Under the pieces are notes generated by a model. The model saw nothing but the letters and a program-made list of their open reading frames with translations, made no database searches and was not told the DNA's origin. Below are positions 43,105 to 57,043 of a stretch of 64,000 nt of DNA, piece after piece. The stretch's first letter is position 1. Each line of letters starts with the position of its first letter. The translations under genes were made by a program, and so were the position numbers. Source of the stretch: the human T2T-CHM13v2.0 reference genome, Homo sapiens. The stretch lies in the NCBI RefSeq assembly GCF_009914755.1, contig NC_060927.1; one strand, written 5' to 3'.

Positions 43105-43980
43105 CATATTGGCTTAGTTTGGTTTCCCCAAAGCCGATTCAAAACAAGGTCTTGTATACAGGAACTTAATTTGGGAGAGGACCTAAGGAGGTAGTGAGGG
43201 GGAAGGGAGAGTGACACAGGAGGACAGAAATGCCAATAAAGGGCATGCCAATAATGGGCTGAATCATGTGTGCCCCAAATCTATTTGTTTAAGTCCTAAC
43301 CCCCAGTACCTCAGCATGTAACTGCATTCGGAAGTAAGACCTTTAAAGAGGTAATTAAGATGAAATGAGGGCATATGAATGGACCCCGAAGCAATATGAT
43401 GGGTGTCTTTACAAAAAGAGATTAGGATAAAGATGAGTACAGAGAGAACACGGTATGAAGACACAGGGGGAAGGAAGCCATCTACAAGCCAAGGAGAGGC
43501 CTCAGAATAAACCAACCCTGCCAACACCTTTATCTCCACTTCCCTCCTCTGGGACTGTGAGACCATCTACTTCCATTGTTTAAGCCTGTAGTACTGTGTT
43601 ATAACAGCCCTGGCAAGCTCAGACAGGGTATGTGAATGAGGGGCCACTACTGTGGGCAGCTGGGGTTTAGTCCTGCCAAGGGCCCTGAGAAATTTCAGGG
43701 ACGATACCTCAGAATTATGTCAGCAGAGCAGTGGGAGGCTGGGGCATTTGTCCTGAGACTGGACCCCCTTGGCGGAGGGCTGGTCCCATCCCTGTAGCAT
43801 TAACTCCCCTGCATTTCCAGGTTGCCCTGTGAATTAGGGAGTGGGAACACCCACAGGCAGAAAAGCAGGCAGTTGGAGTGAGAAGCATATGGAATGTTAG
43901 AGGGAATTGTCCACCTACCCTGCTGGAATCTCAGAGATGGGCCAGGGGACACAGCTGAGTATCCACCGCACCTGCCACAC
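43105..43980 (-). mobile_element. LTR16-like LTR split by MLT1B
   Basis: 'cttagtttggtttccccaaagccga...aatttgggag...gccaataaaggg' resumes after 43626. Confidence 0.6.
43250..43625 (+). mobile_element. MLT1B-like LTR
   Basis: 'atgggctgaat...aagtcctaacccccagtacctcag...ctttaaagaggtaattaag...caagccaaggagaggcctcaga'. Confidence 0.8.
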
Positions 43981-44454
43981 TATTATCTCACAGCTAAATG
44001 CTTTGCACATTTCCCAATCACGTGGCTTCTAAGTGACTCACAATAGCAGCCTCTCCATCATAAACACCCATCCCCTGGACTCAAGCGCAACTTTCTTCTT
44101 GCTTTTCAGGGCTCGTCCCAAGTGGATCTTTCAGAAAGCCCTTCTCTGACCACAATATAGTGCTAGTGCCACTGCTGCCCACCCTGTGGTGTGCTAGACT
44201 CGTCCAACTTAGAATCACCACTACTCCCTGCAAGTGTGTCCATGGTGCTAAACATCCCCAAGTATTTGTATATAGTGCTTTGTACAGGGTGATTTATGTG
44301 CATTCATGTGATGGTTCAGAATCTCAACGAGAGGACGATGTTTGCCACTGCTGTACAGAAAAAGGTATGTGACAGCTACCAGCTTATCTTTTACATTGAT
44401 CAATTTGTCATATCCCCCTTTCAATGGTATGGATTGTTCCTTTAGTATTTGGGC

Positions 44455-44700
44455 AAAGCCAATGCTAATGACCTTGCATTGAGTGCTGCTTTCAGAGCTA
44501 CAAGGTGCTTTCATATGCATCGTTTCAGGAGGCCCTCAAACAAGCTGATGAAATAACAGTAGCAAGGCAACACTACCGCACATTATACAAACTTGGAAAA
44601 CAGAGGCCAGGGCAGTGTGTGATGTGTCCCAAGGTCACCTGACAAGGTTCTGACAGACCCACAGTGAGATCACAGGTCTCCAGTTTCTTGGCTTAGAGGC
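44455..44700 (-). mobile_element. MIR fragment
   Basis: 'ggaaaacagaggccaggg...cccaaggtcac'. Confidence 0.6.
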
Positions 44701-45088
44701 CTTCAATTTGCAGATTCTGGTAGGAAACATAAAGTCTCCTTTCACAAGCAACATAGGATGATGGAAAAAAAAAAAAAACAGCATCAAATCTGGCTTCCAG
44801 GAACTTCCCCTTGAGAACTTGACTCTTCCATTGGCTAGATCTTCCTCTTTTCATTGAAATTGTTTCGTTATTTGGTGAACAATGGGTTTTCAGCTGCTAC
44901 CGTGCAATTAAGCTCCTTGCTGATTGAAAAAGAAATTATATGATAGCATACTGGAGTGGCTTATTGCTCCTCCCATGAAGAATCTATGGGCTTGTTTTCC
45001 TAAGGTTTGTTTTCTATCTAAATGACGTCACAAATTAGTAGTCAACGATTGCACTTGTAATCATGCCAAAGGCATCCCAGCTTCTCTC

Positions 45089-45503
45089 TGTCAGGCCTCT
45101 GAGCCCAAGCTAAGCCATCACATCCCCTGTAACCTGCACGTACACATCCAGATGATCGGTTCCTGCCTTAACTGATGACATTCCACCACAAAAGAAGTGA
45201 AAATGGCCTGTTCCTGACTTAACTGATGACATTGTCTTGTGAAATTCCTTCTCCTGGCTCATCCTGGCTCAAAAGCTCCCCCACTGAGCACCTTGTGATC
45301 CCCACTCTGCCCGCCAGAGAACAAACCCCACCCTTGACTGTAATTTTCCTTTACCTACCCAAATCCTATAAAATGGCCCCACCCCTATCTCCCTTCGCTG
45401 ACTCTCTTTTCGGACTCAGCCCACCTGCACTCAGGTGAAATAAACAGCCATGTTGCTCACACAAAGCCTGTTTGGTGGTCTCTTCACACGGACGCACATG
45501 AAA
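45089..45503 (+). mobile_element. HERV-H LTR7 solo LTR (type I repeat structure)
   Basis: 'tgtcaggcctctgagcccaagctaagccatc'...'ctcttcacacggacgcacatgaaa'; perfect 5-bp TSD CTCTC; TATAAAA at 45367; AATAAA at 45439. Confidence 0.96.
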
Positions 45504-45985
45504 CTCTCTTTGCGCTTTCCCTACTCCACACAGCAACCAGAGTGATCCTTTGAAACCATATGGCAGCCCCTGTCACTGCTTTGCACAGAATCTTCCAGTA
45601 GCTTCCCATTACAATAAGAGGAAAAGTCAAAATCATTACTAGACCCTGGACAATCTTCTCTCAGCTCCCCACGTCTCTCAGATCTCATCTGCTCATCTGC
45701 TCCTCCCTCTCCTAATCATTCTGCTCTAGCCTCACCAGCCTCCTATCTACATTTACAACATTTTTTAACACACCAAATGTATGTGTGTGCAGGACTTTTG
45801 CACTTACTGTTTTCTTTGCTGGAACTCTCTCCCAGGTTTATACATGCCTGCCCCTTTATCTCCTTCAGGTCTGCTTAAATGTCATCTTTCCAATGTGCTC
45901 TTCTAGCAAGGAAAGGATTTGCTTGTTTGGTTTGCTGCTGAATGCTCAGCTGCTAGAATACTCAATACATATTCATTGAACCATT
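45504..45985 (+). mobile_element. L2a fragment (host of LTR7)
   Basis: 'ctccacacagcaaccagagtgatcctttgaaac'...'ctcaatacatattcattga'. Confidence 0.7.
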
Positions 45986-45999
45986 AGAATGAATTTTAT

Positions 46000-46011
46000 A
46001 CACACACACAG

Positions 46012-46042
<31 letters not shown>
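46000..46042. repeat. (CA)n microsatellite
   Basis: direct reading. Confidence 0.9.
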
Positions 46043-46454
46043 TATATGTATATATAGTGTTTGCTGTATACCTTATTTAAAATAATTTATGTGAGGAGTC
46101 TAAACTTATGCAATGGATATATTATGACCCTCTCCACTATAAAAGACTTAGATACTGACATTGTCTATTACAGAGAAGTATGTGTAGTTTCTGACGCTGG
46201 CAGAGAGAGACAAACAGCCAGTGAAACTTCATGTTCAAACATTAGTAGGAACTACTCACTGTCAGTAGTACAAATAAGACAGTGAGAAATCAGGTCTTGA
46301 TTTATATACAACCCTTTAAATCTAACTTTTCATAGTCTGAGGTTGCATAATATTCTGTATGTAACTTAAATCTCTCATATTGACTGTTCATCAAGGATCT
46401 ACTCTTTGGTTAAACCAAAAAAAGTAAAATGAATGCTCTTAAAAAGGCCACTGT

Positions 46455-46880
46455 TTTGTTTTGTGTTTCTTCAGAGCAGACTCTGAGAAAAGAACTGGAG
46501 GGCACATAATTTATTTGGGAGGGGATCCCCGGAAACAAGACAAGATAAAGGTGGGATGAGACAGGGAAAGGAAAAATGCCGATAAAAGGACTTTTAATAA
46601 GCAAATGATGACTGAGGACATGCGGAACTGAGTCTCCTTGGGAACTCTGGGAGGCTGGGTAGGAAATGCCTCCAGGAAAGGAGGATGCTTAGTGGTCTCA
46701 GTAGTAGAGGCGCATGCAGTGGGCTATATAGCCTGGAGGAGGGAGAAACCATTTCTGTAGAGAGAGCTTCTGGAGACATCCAAAGGAGGTGATTCTCAAG
46801 AGATATGCCAGAGATGACGGAGCAGGGCAGTCAGGCCCTGGAGGAAGCACAAACGGCCATTAGAGATGTCAACTCACATA
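46455..46880 (-). mobile_element. LTR16-like LTR
   Basis: 'cagagcagactctgaga...tttatttgggaggggatccccggaaac'. Confidence 0.55.
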
Positions 46881-46951
46881 CCTGGCTATTCTAGACATGG
46901 GACTATTTCTCCAATAGTTGAATTTAATTTTTCCTTGAACTTGTATTCACT

Positions 46952-46984
46952 ATCATTTCTTGGCCTTTTGGCTAAGATCAAGTG
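46952..46984 (+). pseudogene. 3'-truncated U2 snRNA retrocopy (nt 1-33)
   Basis: ATCATTTCTTGGCCTTTTGGCTAAGATCAAGTG vs U2 ATCGCTTCTCGGCCTTTTGGCTAAGATCAAGTG (30/33); flanking degenerate 16-bp direct repeats. Confidence 0.85.
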
Positions 46985-47114
46985 AACCTGCACCCACTGG
47001 AAGGCAGACAATCAGTTTATTTTATTGCTCCCCTCTGTCTCACTCCAGGGATTTGCAGAAGCCCCAAAGAGAATAAGGGAAGTGGAAAAATCTGATTCTC
47101 TGTTTTGGGGTTCT

Positions 47115-47520
47115 AGTGGTTTAATTTTATAGGTCAACTTGGCTGGGCCACTGGATACAGATATTTGGTCAAACATTAGTTTGGATGCCACTGAGAAGGC
47201 ATTTTTAAAATGAGATTAACATTTAAATTAGTAGCCTGAATAAAGCAGATTATGCTCCATCATGGGAGCAAATCTCATCCAATCAGTTGAAGCCCTAAAC
47301 AGAAAACCAACTGACCTCCCCATAGGAAGAGAGAATTCTGCCTGGAGATGGCTTCTAGACTAGAGCTGCAACATCATTCTCTGAGTCTCCAGCCTACAGC
47401 ACTGCCATGCAGAATTTGGACTTGCTGGCCTCCACAGTCATGTGAACCACTTCCTTAATCTCCTCTGTCTCTCTCTCTCTTTCTCACTCTCTTTCTCTGT
47501 CACTTTCTCTCTCTCTTTAA
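47115..47520 (+). mobile_element. MLT2 LTR
   Basis: 'ttaattttataggtcaacttggctgggcca...aaacatta...tgagattaacatttaaat...taaagcagatta'. Confidence 0.8.
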
Positions 47521-47809
47521 AATATATATAATCTATGAGATTTGCTACCTCACCAGCCTCAGCCAAAGATGCTCTGGCTTGGAGTCCCCAAACTTACATT
47601 TTCATTTTCCAGCCCCTTGCCAGAACACACTGGGGAATGGGTTTGCAAAGTGTGTGGAAGGGAGAAGAGAGGGGGCTTTCACAGGGGCTATGCTAGCAAA
47701 TCACTGATTCCCCTCAGGCATCCCATCCCTCTCCACAATCTTCAGCTGTCACTTGCTTATCCTGTTTTCTTTTTCTTGTTTTTTGTTTGTTTGTCTCCTT
47801 GTAGAATTT

Positions 47810-49310
47810 TTTAAATTTTATTTTAATTGTAAATTGGCAAATTATAATTGAATATATTTATGGGATACAAAGTGATGTTATGATTTATAAATACAATGTG
47901 GAATAATAAATCAAGCTAATTAATGTATTTATCACCTCAAATACTTATTCCTTTTTGTGGTGAGAACATTTAAAATTTACTCTCCTAGTTATTTTGAAAT
48001 GTATGAAACACTATTACTATATTCACACTGCTGTGCAATCTATCTCAAAGAAAATAAAACCATATTGCTTTTGTCTAATTGAGGCATTGTACTCTTTTTT
48101 TTTGAGATGGATTCTTGCTCTGTCACCCAGGCTGGAGAGCAGTGGTGTGATCTAGGCTCACTGCAACCTCTGCCACCCAGGTTCAAATGATTCTCATGCC
48201 TCCCAAGTAGCTGGGACTACAGGCACCCACCACCACACCTGGCTAATTTTTGTATTTTTAGTAGTGACGGGGTTTCACCATGTTGGCCAGGCTGGTCTCA
48301 ACTCCTGACCTCAGGTAATCTGCCCGCCTCGACTTCCCAAAGTGCTGGGATTAGAGGCATGAGCCACCCTGCCCAGCCTGAGGCATTGTACTTTTTAGCT
48401 ATCGTCTCCCCATTTATACCTCCTCCCTTAGCTTCTGTGATTAACATTCCATTTTCTGCTTCTCTGAGTTCAAATATAAGTGATTTTATTCCACATATAA
48501 GTGAGATCATGCCTTATTTGTCATTCTGTGCCTGGCTGGTTTAACTTAACATAATGTCTTCCAGGTTCATCCATGTTGTTGCAAATTACATTTTTTAAAA
48601 AATTAGTAAAGGCTGCATAGTATTCATTGTATATATATACATAACACACTTTCTTCATCCATTCATTGTTGATGAACACTAAGGTTGATTCCACAGCTTG
48701 ACTTTTGCAAATGATGTGCAATGTATATGAGAGAGCAGACATCTCTTTAACAAAGTGACTTCAAATCTTTTGGGTATATACCCAGAAATGGGATTTCTGG
48801 ATCATACGGTAGGTCTATTTTTAGTTTTTTGAGGAATCTCCATATAGTTTTTCAAATTGGCTGTACTAATTTTTATTCCCACCAACAGTATGCAAGCGTT
48901 CCATTTTTTCTACATCTTTACTGTCATTTGTTATCTTTTGTCTTTTTTGTAATAGCCATACAGACAGGTGTGAGATATCTCATTGTAGTTTTAACTTGCA
49001 TTTCCTCAAGGGTTAATGATGTTGAGCATTTTTCATGTACCTGTTGGCCATTTGTTTGTCTTCTTTTGAGAAATGTCCATTCAGGTCATTTGCCTATTTT
49101 AAAAAATTGAATTATTTGTTTTCTCTCTATAGAGTTGTTTCAGTTATTTATATCTTTTGGATATTAATCCCTTATCAGATGTATGGCTTGCACATATTTT
49201 CGTCTAATCTATAGGTTGTTTCTTCACTCTGTTGTTTTTTTGTTGTACAGAAACTTTTCATTTTGATCTAACCCTATTTGCCAATTTTTGCTTTTATTGC
49301 CTGTGCTTTT
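47810..49310 (-). mobile_element. L1MA-type 3' fragment interrupted by an Alu
   Basis: 'tcaagctaattaatgtatttatcacctcaaatactta...gtgagaacatttaaaatttactctc' followed by antisense ORF2 3' sequence. Confidence 0.85.
48095..48378 (-). mobile_element. AluS (Sx/Sz-like)
   Basis: Alu dimer with perfect TSD TGAGGCATTGTACT. Confidence 0.95.
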
Positions 49311-51426
49311 ACTTTTGTGCTAGTTTCCTTCTAAATTACTTACCTTTGAAGGAAATAAGTTTTTTTCTGAAACACTAACAAAGAAGAGGTCAGGGATATA
49401 TTTCAGGCGAGCAGGAATTTTTCTTTAACCTGAGTTTTTGTATGTGAGTTTGTTTAGCTTTTACATCTTTCTAAGCAATGTAAAAAATGGCTATGAGACT
49501 GTTTATAATTGTAAATTCCATCTTTTCTTCCACTACCTCAATGACAAACTGCTGCCTGCAAATATGGCTGCACTGTGTGATTCTTTATGGTCTCTGTGTG
49601 ACCCGCTTTTTGAATTCCCCAGATTGAGATAGAATCCAGGACAACTTCATCTGTCAGCCTGGATTCCTGTTTCCAAATTCTGCCCCCAAGAAACTTATGG
49701 TTTTCACATCAAAGTGTGCTCCTTTAGCTTTAGGAATTATTTTTTCCAGAGTTTTTCTGAGATCTGCATTCTTAAAGTAACCTATTTCCTCCCACATACA
49801 CCCCTGCTCAGCCTCTATCTCTGTGGTCTGCCCTTCTGCCTATTTCATAGTTTAAGATTTCAGTAGTTTCCCCATTTCACTGAAGGCAAGTTTGTATTTC
49901 TGTTTTTTTCTAGTGACTTTGTGCCATCGTGTTCAAACCAGAGGTCTCTTATATCTCTTATGAACTCATTATTTAGCCTGACAGGGCAAAGAAAATCCTG
50001 GCTCTATCCAGTCAGATGTTTCTCTGTCCCTAATTGTTTATATTTGAAGATTAAAAAAAATTAAAGAAAATGTATACCCTGAGTTCTCTGGACTTAGAAG
50101 TCCAAAAGGTCATATTCTTTCAACTAAAAAGCCTTTTCTCTCAAAACTCCTCTATCTGAAATGTTTTTCAAATGTCTGCTTTAAAACCTCAAAGCCAAGA
50201 TTTAACTTTTGGGTTACCTGGGATGCACCAAACAGCCATATTAGAAATCAGTGGGTACTTCAAATGTAAGGCAATAGATTCATATACATAAATATAAATA
50301 TATTTATATTTAATATTAATATATTTATTTATATATAGATTTTTATATATCTGTATATTTACTGAGAAAAAAAGCTATGCCAGCTAACATGTCAAATTAT
50401 TCCTCTGCTACACAGTGTGTGGTAACATTTCAGAAGCAATACACTGGGGCTAATGGCCTTTTATTATGGTACAGTGACTTATTACAGAAAAAAAAATTTT
50501 TTAAACCCTACTGTAAATAAGCAACAAGTAAGTGCAAGAACAGCAGTTTGGCAAACAAATTTTTAATTGTCCGTCTAAACCAATCAATTATTCAATATCT
50601 TTCATGTTCTCTCTCATGTTCTCTCTCTCTCTAAGATAGCGTAATTATTTTTAAAAATTTTCTAAATTTTTTAACTCAATTTTTTAGTGATTTAACCACC
50701 ATGTCAGATTTGTTTACACAAAAGACATGGTAAAATTTTCTATGACTTTATTGGAGGCAATATTAGCTAGAAATCATTAATAATATAAACAAAAACAATT
50801 TTAGCTATCCACTCTTAAGATACACATTACATTCCTCCTCTATCCCAATAAAATAGTATTTCCAATGCCTACAAACTATATTACCGTGTTTATTTAGAGC
50901 CAAATGAATAATTTCTTGATGGCAATATTAACTAGCATTTATTCATATTTTTAAGTGTTACTTACTCCTTCTCTGACACAGATTCTGACAGAGACATGGA
51001 GGTAACCTAATCATGCTTCTTTCAGCACCATTTTCTCTGAAAAATAAATTATCAGAAGTTGTTTACTTGTATAAATAGTATACTGAATAAAACTTTCTTT
51101 TATTCAGTTTTGTATAAAATATCATAACCTTTCCTGCGGAACACATTGTAACTGTTTATCTTTGGTCTACAAGTTCTGCAATGGCCTGTACCCAAAGCAA
51201 CAAAATTCTGACATTTAGAAAGAGTCAAATATCTCAAATAGGTTGTTTCATTTTGTTTTTTTGTCTAAAAAAATCCAAGGTGATCCAGCAGCTGCAGATG
51301 ATTAGAAGTGAATGGCAAAGCAATGTCAAGAGATTCTACATCCACAAAACAAGAGTTTCAACCACAGAAGGGCACAAGGAGACAAACTCAGACTCCAAGG
51401 TTGTCAAGTACAAATAATACAAAGCA

Positions 51427-51769
<343 letters not shown>

Positions 51770-54700
51770 TTAAACAATCTGGGCCTTGTTTTCCTCATAG
51801 CAAACCTGGGAAAAATATTATAATTCCCAATAGAATTATCTTGAAGTGAAGTTCACATGTAAAAAACACTACGCAAACTGTGTGATATATACAATGGCAC
51901 CCATCATTATTAACAAACCATTGAATTTTATTTACTAAATAAAACCATCCACAAAGCATTGCATCTCTTTGCTGTGTCTTCAGTTTATCCCTTGCTTAGT
52001 TGGGATCTCCAGAAGAACAGTTTGAAACTGAGATGCTTGGTGCGAGGATGGTCTCAGGAAAAACCCATAGGAAGTGGGGAAACAGAATAGGGCAGAGAGT
52101 GAGAAGCCCAGACAACATGTGGTTTCCACTAAAGTCTAGCCTCAGCCTGATCCCATGGGGAGCTCTGGGATGTAAATGGCATCATAGAGTAACCTTGAGA
52201 CAAGGGAGGCTTTTGTTTTCCTACAATGACATCTGTCACTGGCTATGAGGGAGGTGGGAGCAATACAATATCCAAGGGATTTCCAGGTGAGATAGCTCCA
52301 TCTATCAGGAAAAATTCTCCAATGAAGGATATAGATATAGCTGGCTGCAGCCAGCCCTCTCAGCACAGGGTGCATACACCAGTCAGCTACCTTTCCTATC
52401 TGGACGGGGCACCAGTAACATTTGCCTGCCATCATTTCCTTGTTGACACAGAAAAAATACTACGGTGCCCATATCTTTCTCACATGTATTCCCTATGTAG
52501 AATCAGATTCTTTGCTAGTTCACTCAAAGCCTTCATCAACAAAACCAGCAACAGGTGAAGTTAGATTAACTGGAACTAAGTTTTAAAATCACCAGATACG
52601 CACTGTTTAATAATGTAATTCACAGACTAAAGCTAGACATGAAAATGATGTTTGTCCATGTTCATAAATCCACCTGACATTTATTGAACTCCTACTATGT
52701 ACCAGGCACTCTGCTAGCTACTTACACGTGGTATTTCTTGCTATCCTTAAAATAGTTCTATAAAATCGGTAGATGTTGTCTTTCTTCTGCCCACCTTTTA
52801 TTTTTATGGTTCAGGTAAACTGAGGCTCACTTGAAAAGTATTCATTTGGGAGACAGAATGCCCAATGCCCCAAATTACCAAGATTTGAGACCCTCTTTGA
52901 GATCTCTAGTTCATACTTAGGCAACGTTGAAAGTTATATTTGGCAGTTCAATTCCATAAACAATTTGAAGCTTCCATGTGCAACACATTTTGCACATGGG
53001 TGCAATAAAGAAAAGAGCAGTAAATCTTCGTCCTGCCCTCCAAGAGTTTACAGGAGGGTAGATGTATTTGATGGTGCAAATGGTTCTGCAGTAGTAGTGT
53101 ATCTCCAAAGAGAGAAAAGGGATTAATCCAACATGCCTTCACTAAACACCTATTATGTGCCAGGCCTTGAATCAGGATTAGGGGTAGGAATATAAAGGAA
53201 TAAGTCGCAGTCCCTGCTCCAGAAGAATGTATGGTTTAATGATATGATTTGTTTTGAAAAACTCAATTTTTTGGCTCTTAAGTCTAAATCTTAAAATGTA
53301 ATCTTATTTCTACCTCAGTGTTATGTTTAATTGGTTCCAGAATGGGCAGGAATGCAGCCATTCCGCAGGCTACATCATTTAACTAATTCATTCATGTGCA
53401 ATGCATCAAGTTCTTGCTAGAGAATAAAAATTGACATTGGTCCTGCTGGGACCAAATAAGACAAAATAAGAGCTAAATTAGATATTTTCACTTTGGTAAC
53501 ACAGGAAAAGCACACTCTTAGAGGGCAAGGTTAGACATTAGCCATAATCTGGAATAATCTGAATTGCAATAGTTGCCACATTAAATAGACATATTTAACT
53601 TACTGGAATAAAAATTTCAATCACGCTTTGCATTTTTAGTTCTCTAAAACAGAAGCACTAATTTAATTATCCTCCCTCCTCCATCAGATTTCATCTTCAT
53701 TTCAACCCAGATATCAGGGATCATTTCTGTTTCTGAGCTTACTGGGTATTTTTCTATTTGTGACTAACGACATTGATCAATTCTGTCTCAAATGAGAGAT
53801 CTTCTTTATATGTCTCATGTCTTACTTCTTTTACTAGATCTCTGTTTTAGTTTGTTTTCTGTTTCTATAACAGAATACCACAGACTTGGTAATATATAAA
53901 GGAAAAAACGTTATTTATCTTATGATTCTGGAAGTCCAAGACCATGGCATGGCATCTGGTGAAGGCCTTCTTGCCGCATCACAACATGACTGACAGAGGG
54001 AATCACACGGTGAGATGGCAAGAGCAAGAGAGCCAGAGACGGCTCACTTTTATAACAAAGCCTAACCCACTCCAGTGATTGTAACACTATCCATTCATGA
54101 AGGCAGAGGGGTTAAGTCTCTAACACATGAACTTTTGGAAGATGCATTTAACTATATGATTTCATTCCTGGCCCCTCAACTTTATGTCCATCTCGCATTC
54201 AAAATACATCAATTCCATCTCAAGAGCCCCAAAGTCTTAACTCATTTCATCACCAATTCAAAAGTCCAATGTCCAGAGTCTTATTTAAATCAGATATGGG
54301 TGAGATTCAAGGTGTGATTTATACCATAGCAAATTCCCCTCAGCTGTGAGCCTGTGAAATCCAAACATGTTATTTACTTCCAAAATACAAAATGGGATAG
54401 GAATGAGGCAGACATTCTCATTCCAAAAGGGGGAAAGAGGCAAGAAAAGAGGAGTAACTGGTCCCAGGTAAGTCCTAAATCCACAGGAAAAATAATTTTA
54501 AACCTTGAAGCTTCAGAATAATCTTTCACTCCACGGGCCACCTCCTAGTTACACTGAGGGATTTAGGCCCTGTACCAAAGCCTTCAGCAGCACTGCCCCT
54601 ATGGTTTTGCTGAGCTCAGACTATGCAGTGGTTCTCACAGGTTGGAGTTATGTGCCTGCAGTTTTTCCAGCCTGGCACTGCACACAGGTAACTCTACAGT

Positions 54701-55403
54701 TCTTGAGTATTGAGGGTGGCCCTGCCCCTGTGGCTCCACTTGGCATTGCCCTAGCGGGGGGGTCTCTGTGGTGGCTTCAGCTCTGACCCCACATTTCCAT
54801 TCAGCGTTGCCCTTCTAGGGGCTCTCTATGGTGACTCTGCCACTACGACGAGTCTCTGCCTGAGCCCCTCTACTATTGGAGACATCCTTTGAAATCCAAG
54901 TGGAGGAAATCCTGCCCCCACAACTATTGCATTTGTATACCTGCAGAATTAGAACCTCATGGACACTGCCAAGGCTTACAACTTGTAGCTTCCAAAGAGA
55001 CTGGTTGAGTACCTTGTGGTGTCACTTGAGCCACAGCGGGGGCTGGCCAAGATGTGCTTCACCAGAAGGCAGAGAGCAGAGACCTTAGGTGGCCCTGGGC
55101 AGTGGCCCATCTCCTGAAACTATTCTGCCCTCCTAGAGCTCTGGGCCTGTGATGGGAGAAGCAGCCTGAAAGATCTCATTAATGGCTTCTGGATTTTTCT
55201 CCCATCATTCATATGAATAGCCTCTGGCTTAGTTCTATCCATATTAATTTCCTTATCAATCATGTGGCTTGGTCACACACTTGCTTTCCTCTGCTGAAAA
55301 AGTTATTTCATTCTCTGCATGGCCAGGTTGCAAATTTTCCATATCTTTCCACTGTTCTTCCCTTTTAATTATAAATTGTGTCTTTAAATCATCTATTTCC
55401 TCT

Positions 55404-56452
55404 TGTTAACGTAAGTCACACAATCTATACATTTGGAAAAGGACTTTTTGTTATAAAGAGTTACAGCCGGCAAAGTGGCTGTCCCTCAGGCTGGGAAATG
55501 TAGCCTTAAGCAAAGACAAGAGCCAGGCACTTCCAGGGAGGTAGGAATAAGACAAGAATTTATGCTGAATGGGTTGGCTAAATATATTCAACAGGGTATA
55601 GGAGAATCTGTGAATATTCATGAAAGGGGGTCTTGCACATTTATTATAAGCAAACATGCATGTTACATGTGATCCATGTTCACTTTGGGGTGGAAACAAC
55701 ATTTAAATGCATTAAAATTAGGGTCTATACATCAAAAGGTGAAGCAGGGACACAAAAGCACTCAAATGTGCAGCCTCTGTAGACTGGCCAGAAAGAGTTC
55801 ATGTTTGGTGGTCTTCATATTAGGAGAAAGTTCCTCATATCAGTCTCTTGTCCAATCAAGGCTGCAGTTATAGCATGTGGAACCAAGGTCAATTAGCACC
55901 TGATAATAGATGTGCTGCAATTATTTTAACATTCCTTATCTTGAGGTCAGTGCTTGTTTAGCTGCTAGAGAGAAAGAAAACCCTTGCGGCAGTAAGAACA
56001 TGAGTTAATGGGTGCAGCACACCCACATGGCACATGTATACATATGTAACAAACCTGCACGTTGTGCACATGTACCCTGGAACTTAAAGTATAATAATAA
56101 AAAAAAAGATTCTGATACAAAACAAAACATAAAAAAGGACATAGTTTCTTCTTTAAGTGTAGAGGCGAGTGACTTAACCCTTACCTGGCATGACCTTAGG
56201 TCCTGTTTATAATTTGGTATTTTATTGCCGCAATGAGTCCATTTTGTCAGCCTTATGATCTCTATTTTAACATTAATGCTGGTCGGTTGTTGTGTCTAAA
56301 ATGCAAAAGAAAGGGGGTATAATGAGTCGTGTCTAATCTCTGGTCCCATCATGGCCAAGAACTCCATTTTTAAGGTTTCTCTGTGGTCCCCTTGGCCAAG
56401 AGGGGGTCTGTTCAGTTGGTCTAGGGACTTAAAATTGTATTTTTAGTTTACA
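55404..56452 (-). mobile_element. ERV1 (MER4-group, MER66/83-like) solo LTR nested in MST-int
   Basis: TG...CA ends; perfect 4-bp TSD CTCT; reverse strand begins 'tgtaaactaaaaataca..ttttaagtccc..accaactgaacagacccc'. Confidence 0.75.
56002..56134 (+). mobile_element. L1PA 3' stub with composite tail
   Basis: 'gagttaatgggtgcagcac...aacttaaagtataataataaaaaaaaa'; TSD aagaacat/aaggacat. Confidence 0.9.
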
Positions 56453-56569
56453 CTCTCATTTTAATGTAAGCAGTTAAAAATAGCCATGTAGCGCCCAAAT
56501 GCTTTGTTGCTTAGGTATGTATTCCACCAGCTATTCTGGTTCATCACTCTTAAATTCTGCCTTTGATAA

Positions 56570-57043
<474 letters not shown>

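Noticed and set aside
46952-46984. Functional U2 snRNA gene
   Set aside because: Only the first 33 nt are present; no Sm site, no snRNA promoter or 3' box recognised, and CpG-decay mutations.
50289-50312. 24-bp perfect palindrome TAAATATAAATATATTTATATTTA
   Set aside because: All A/T low-complexity sequence where such symmetry is expected.
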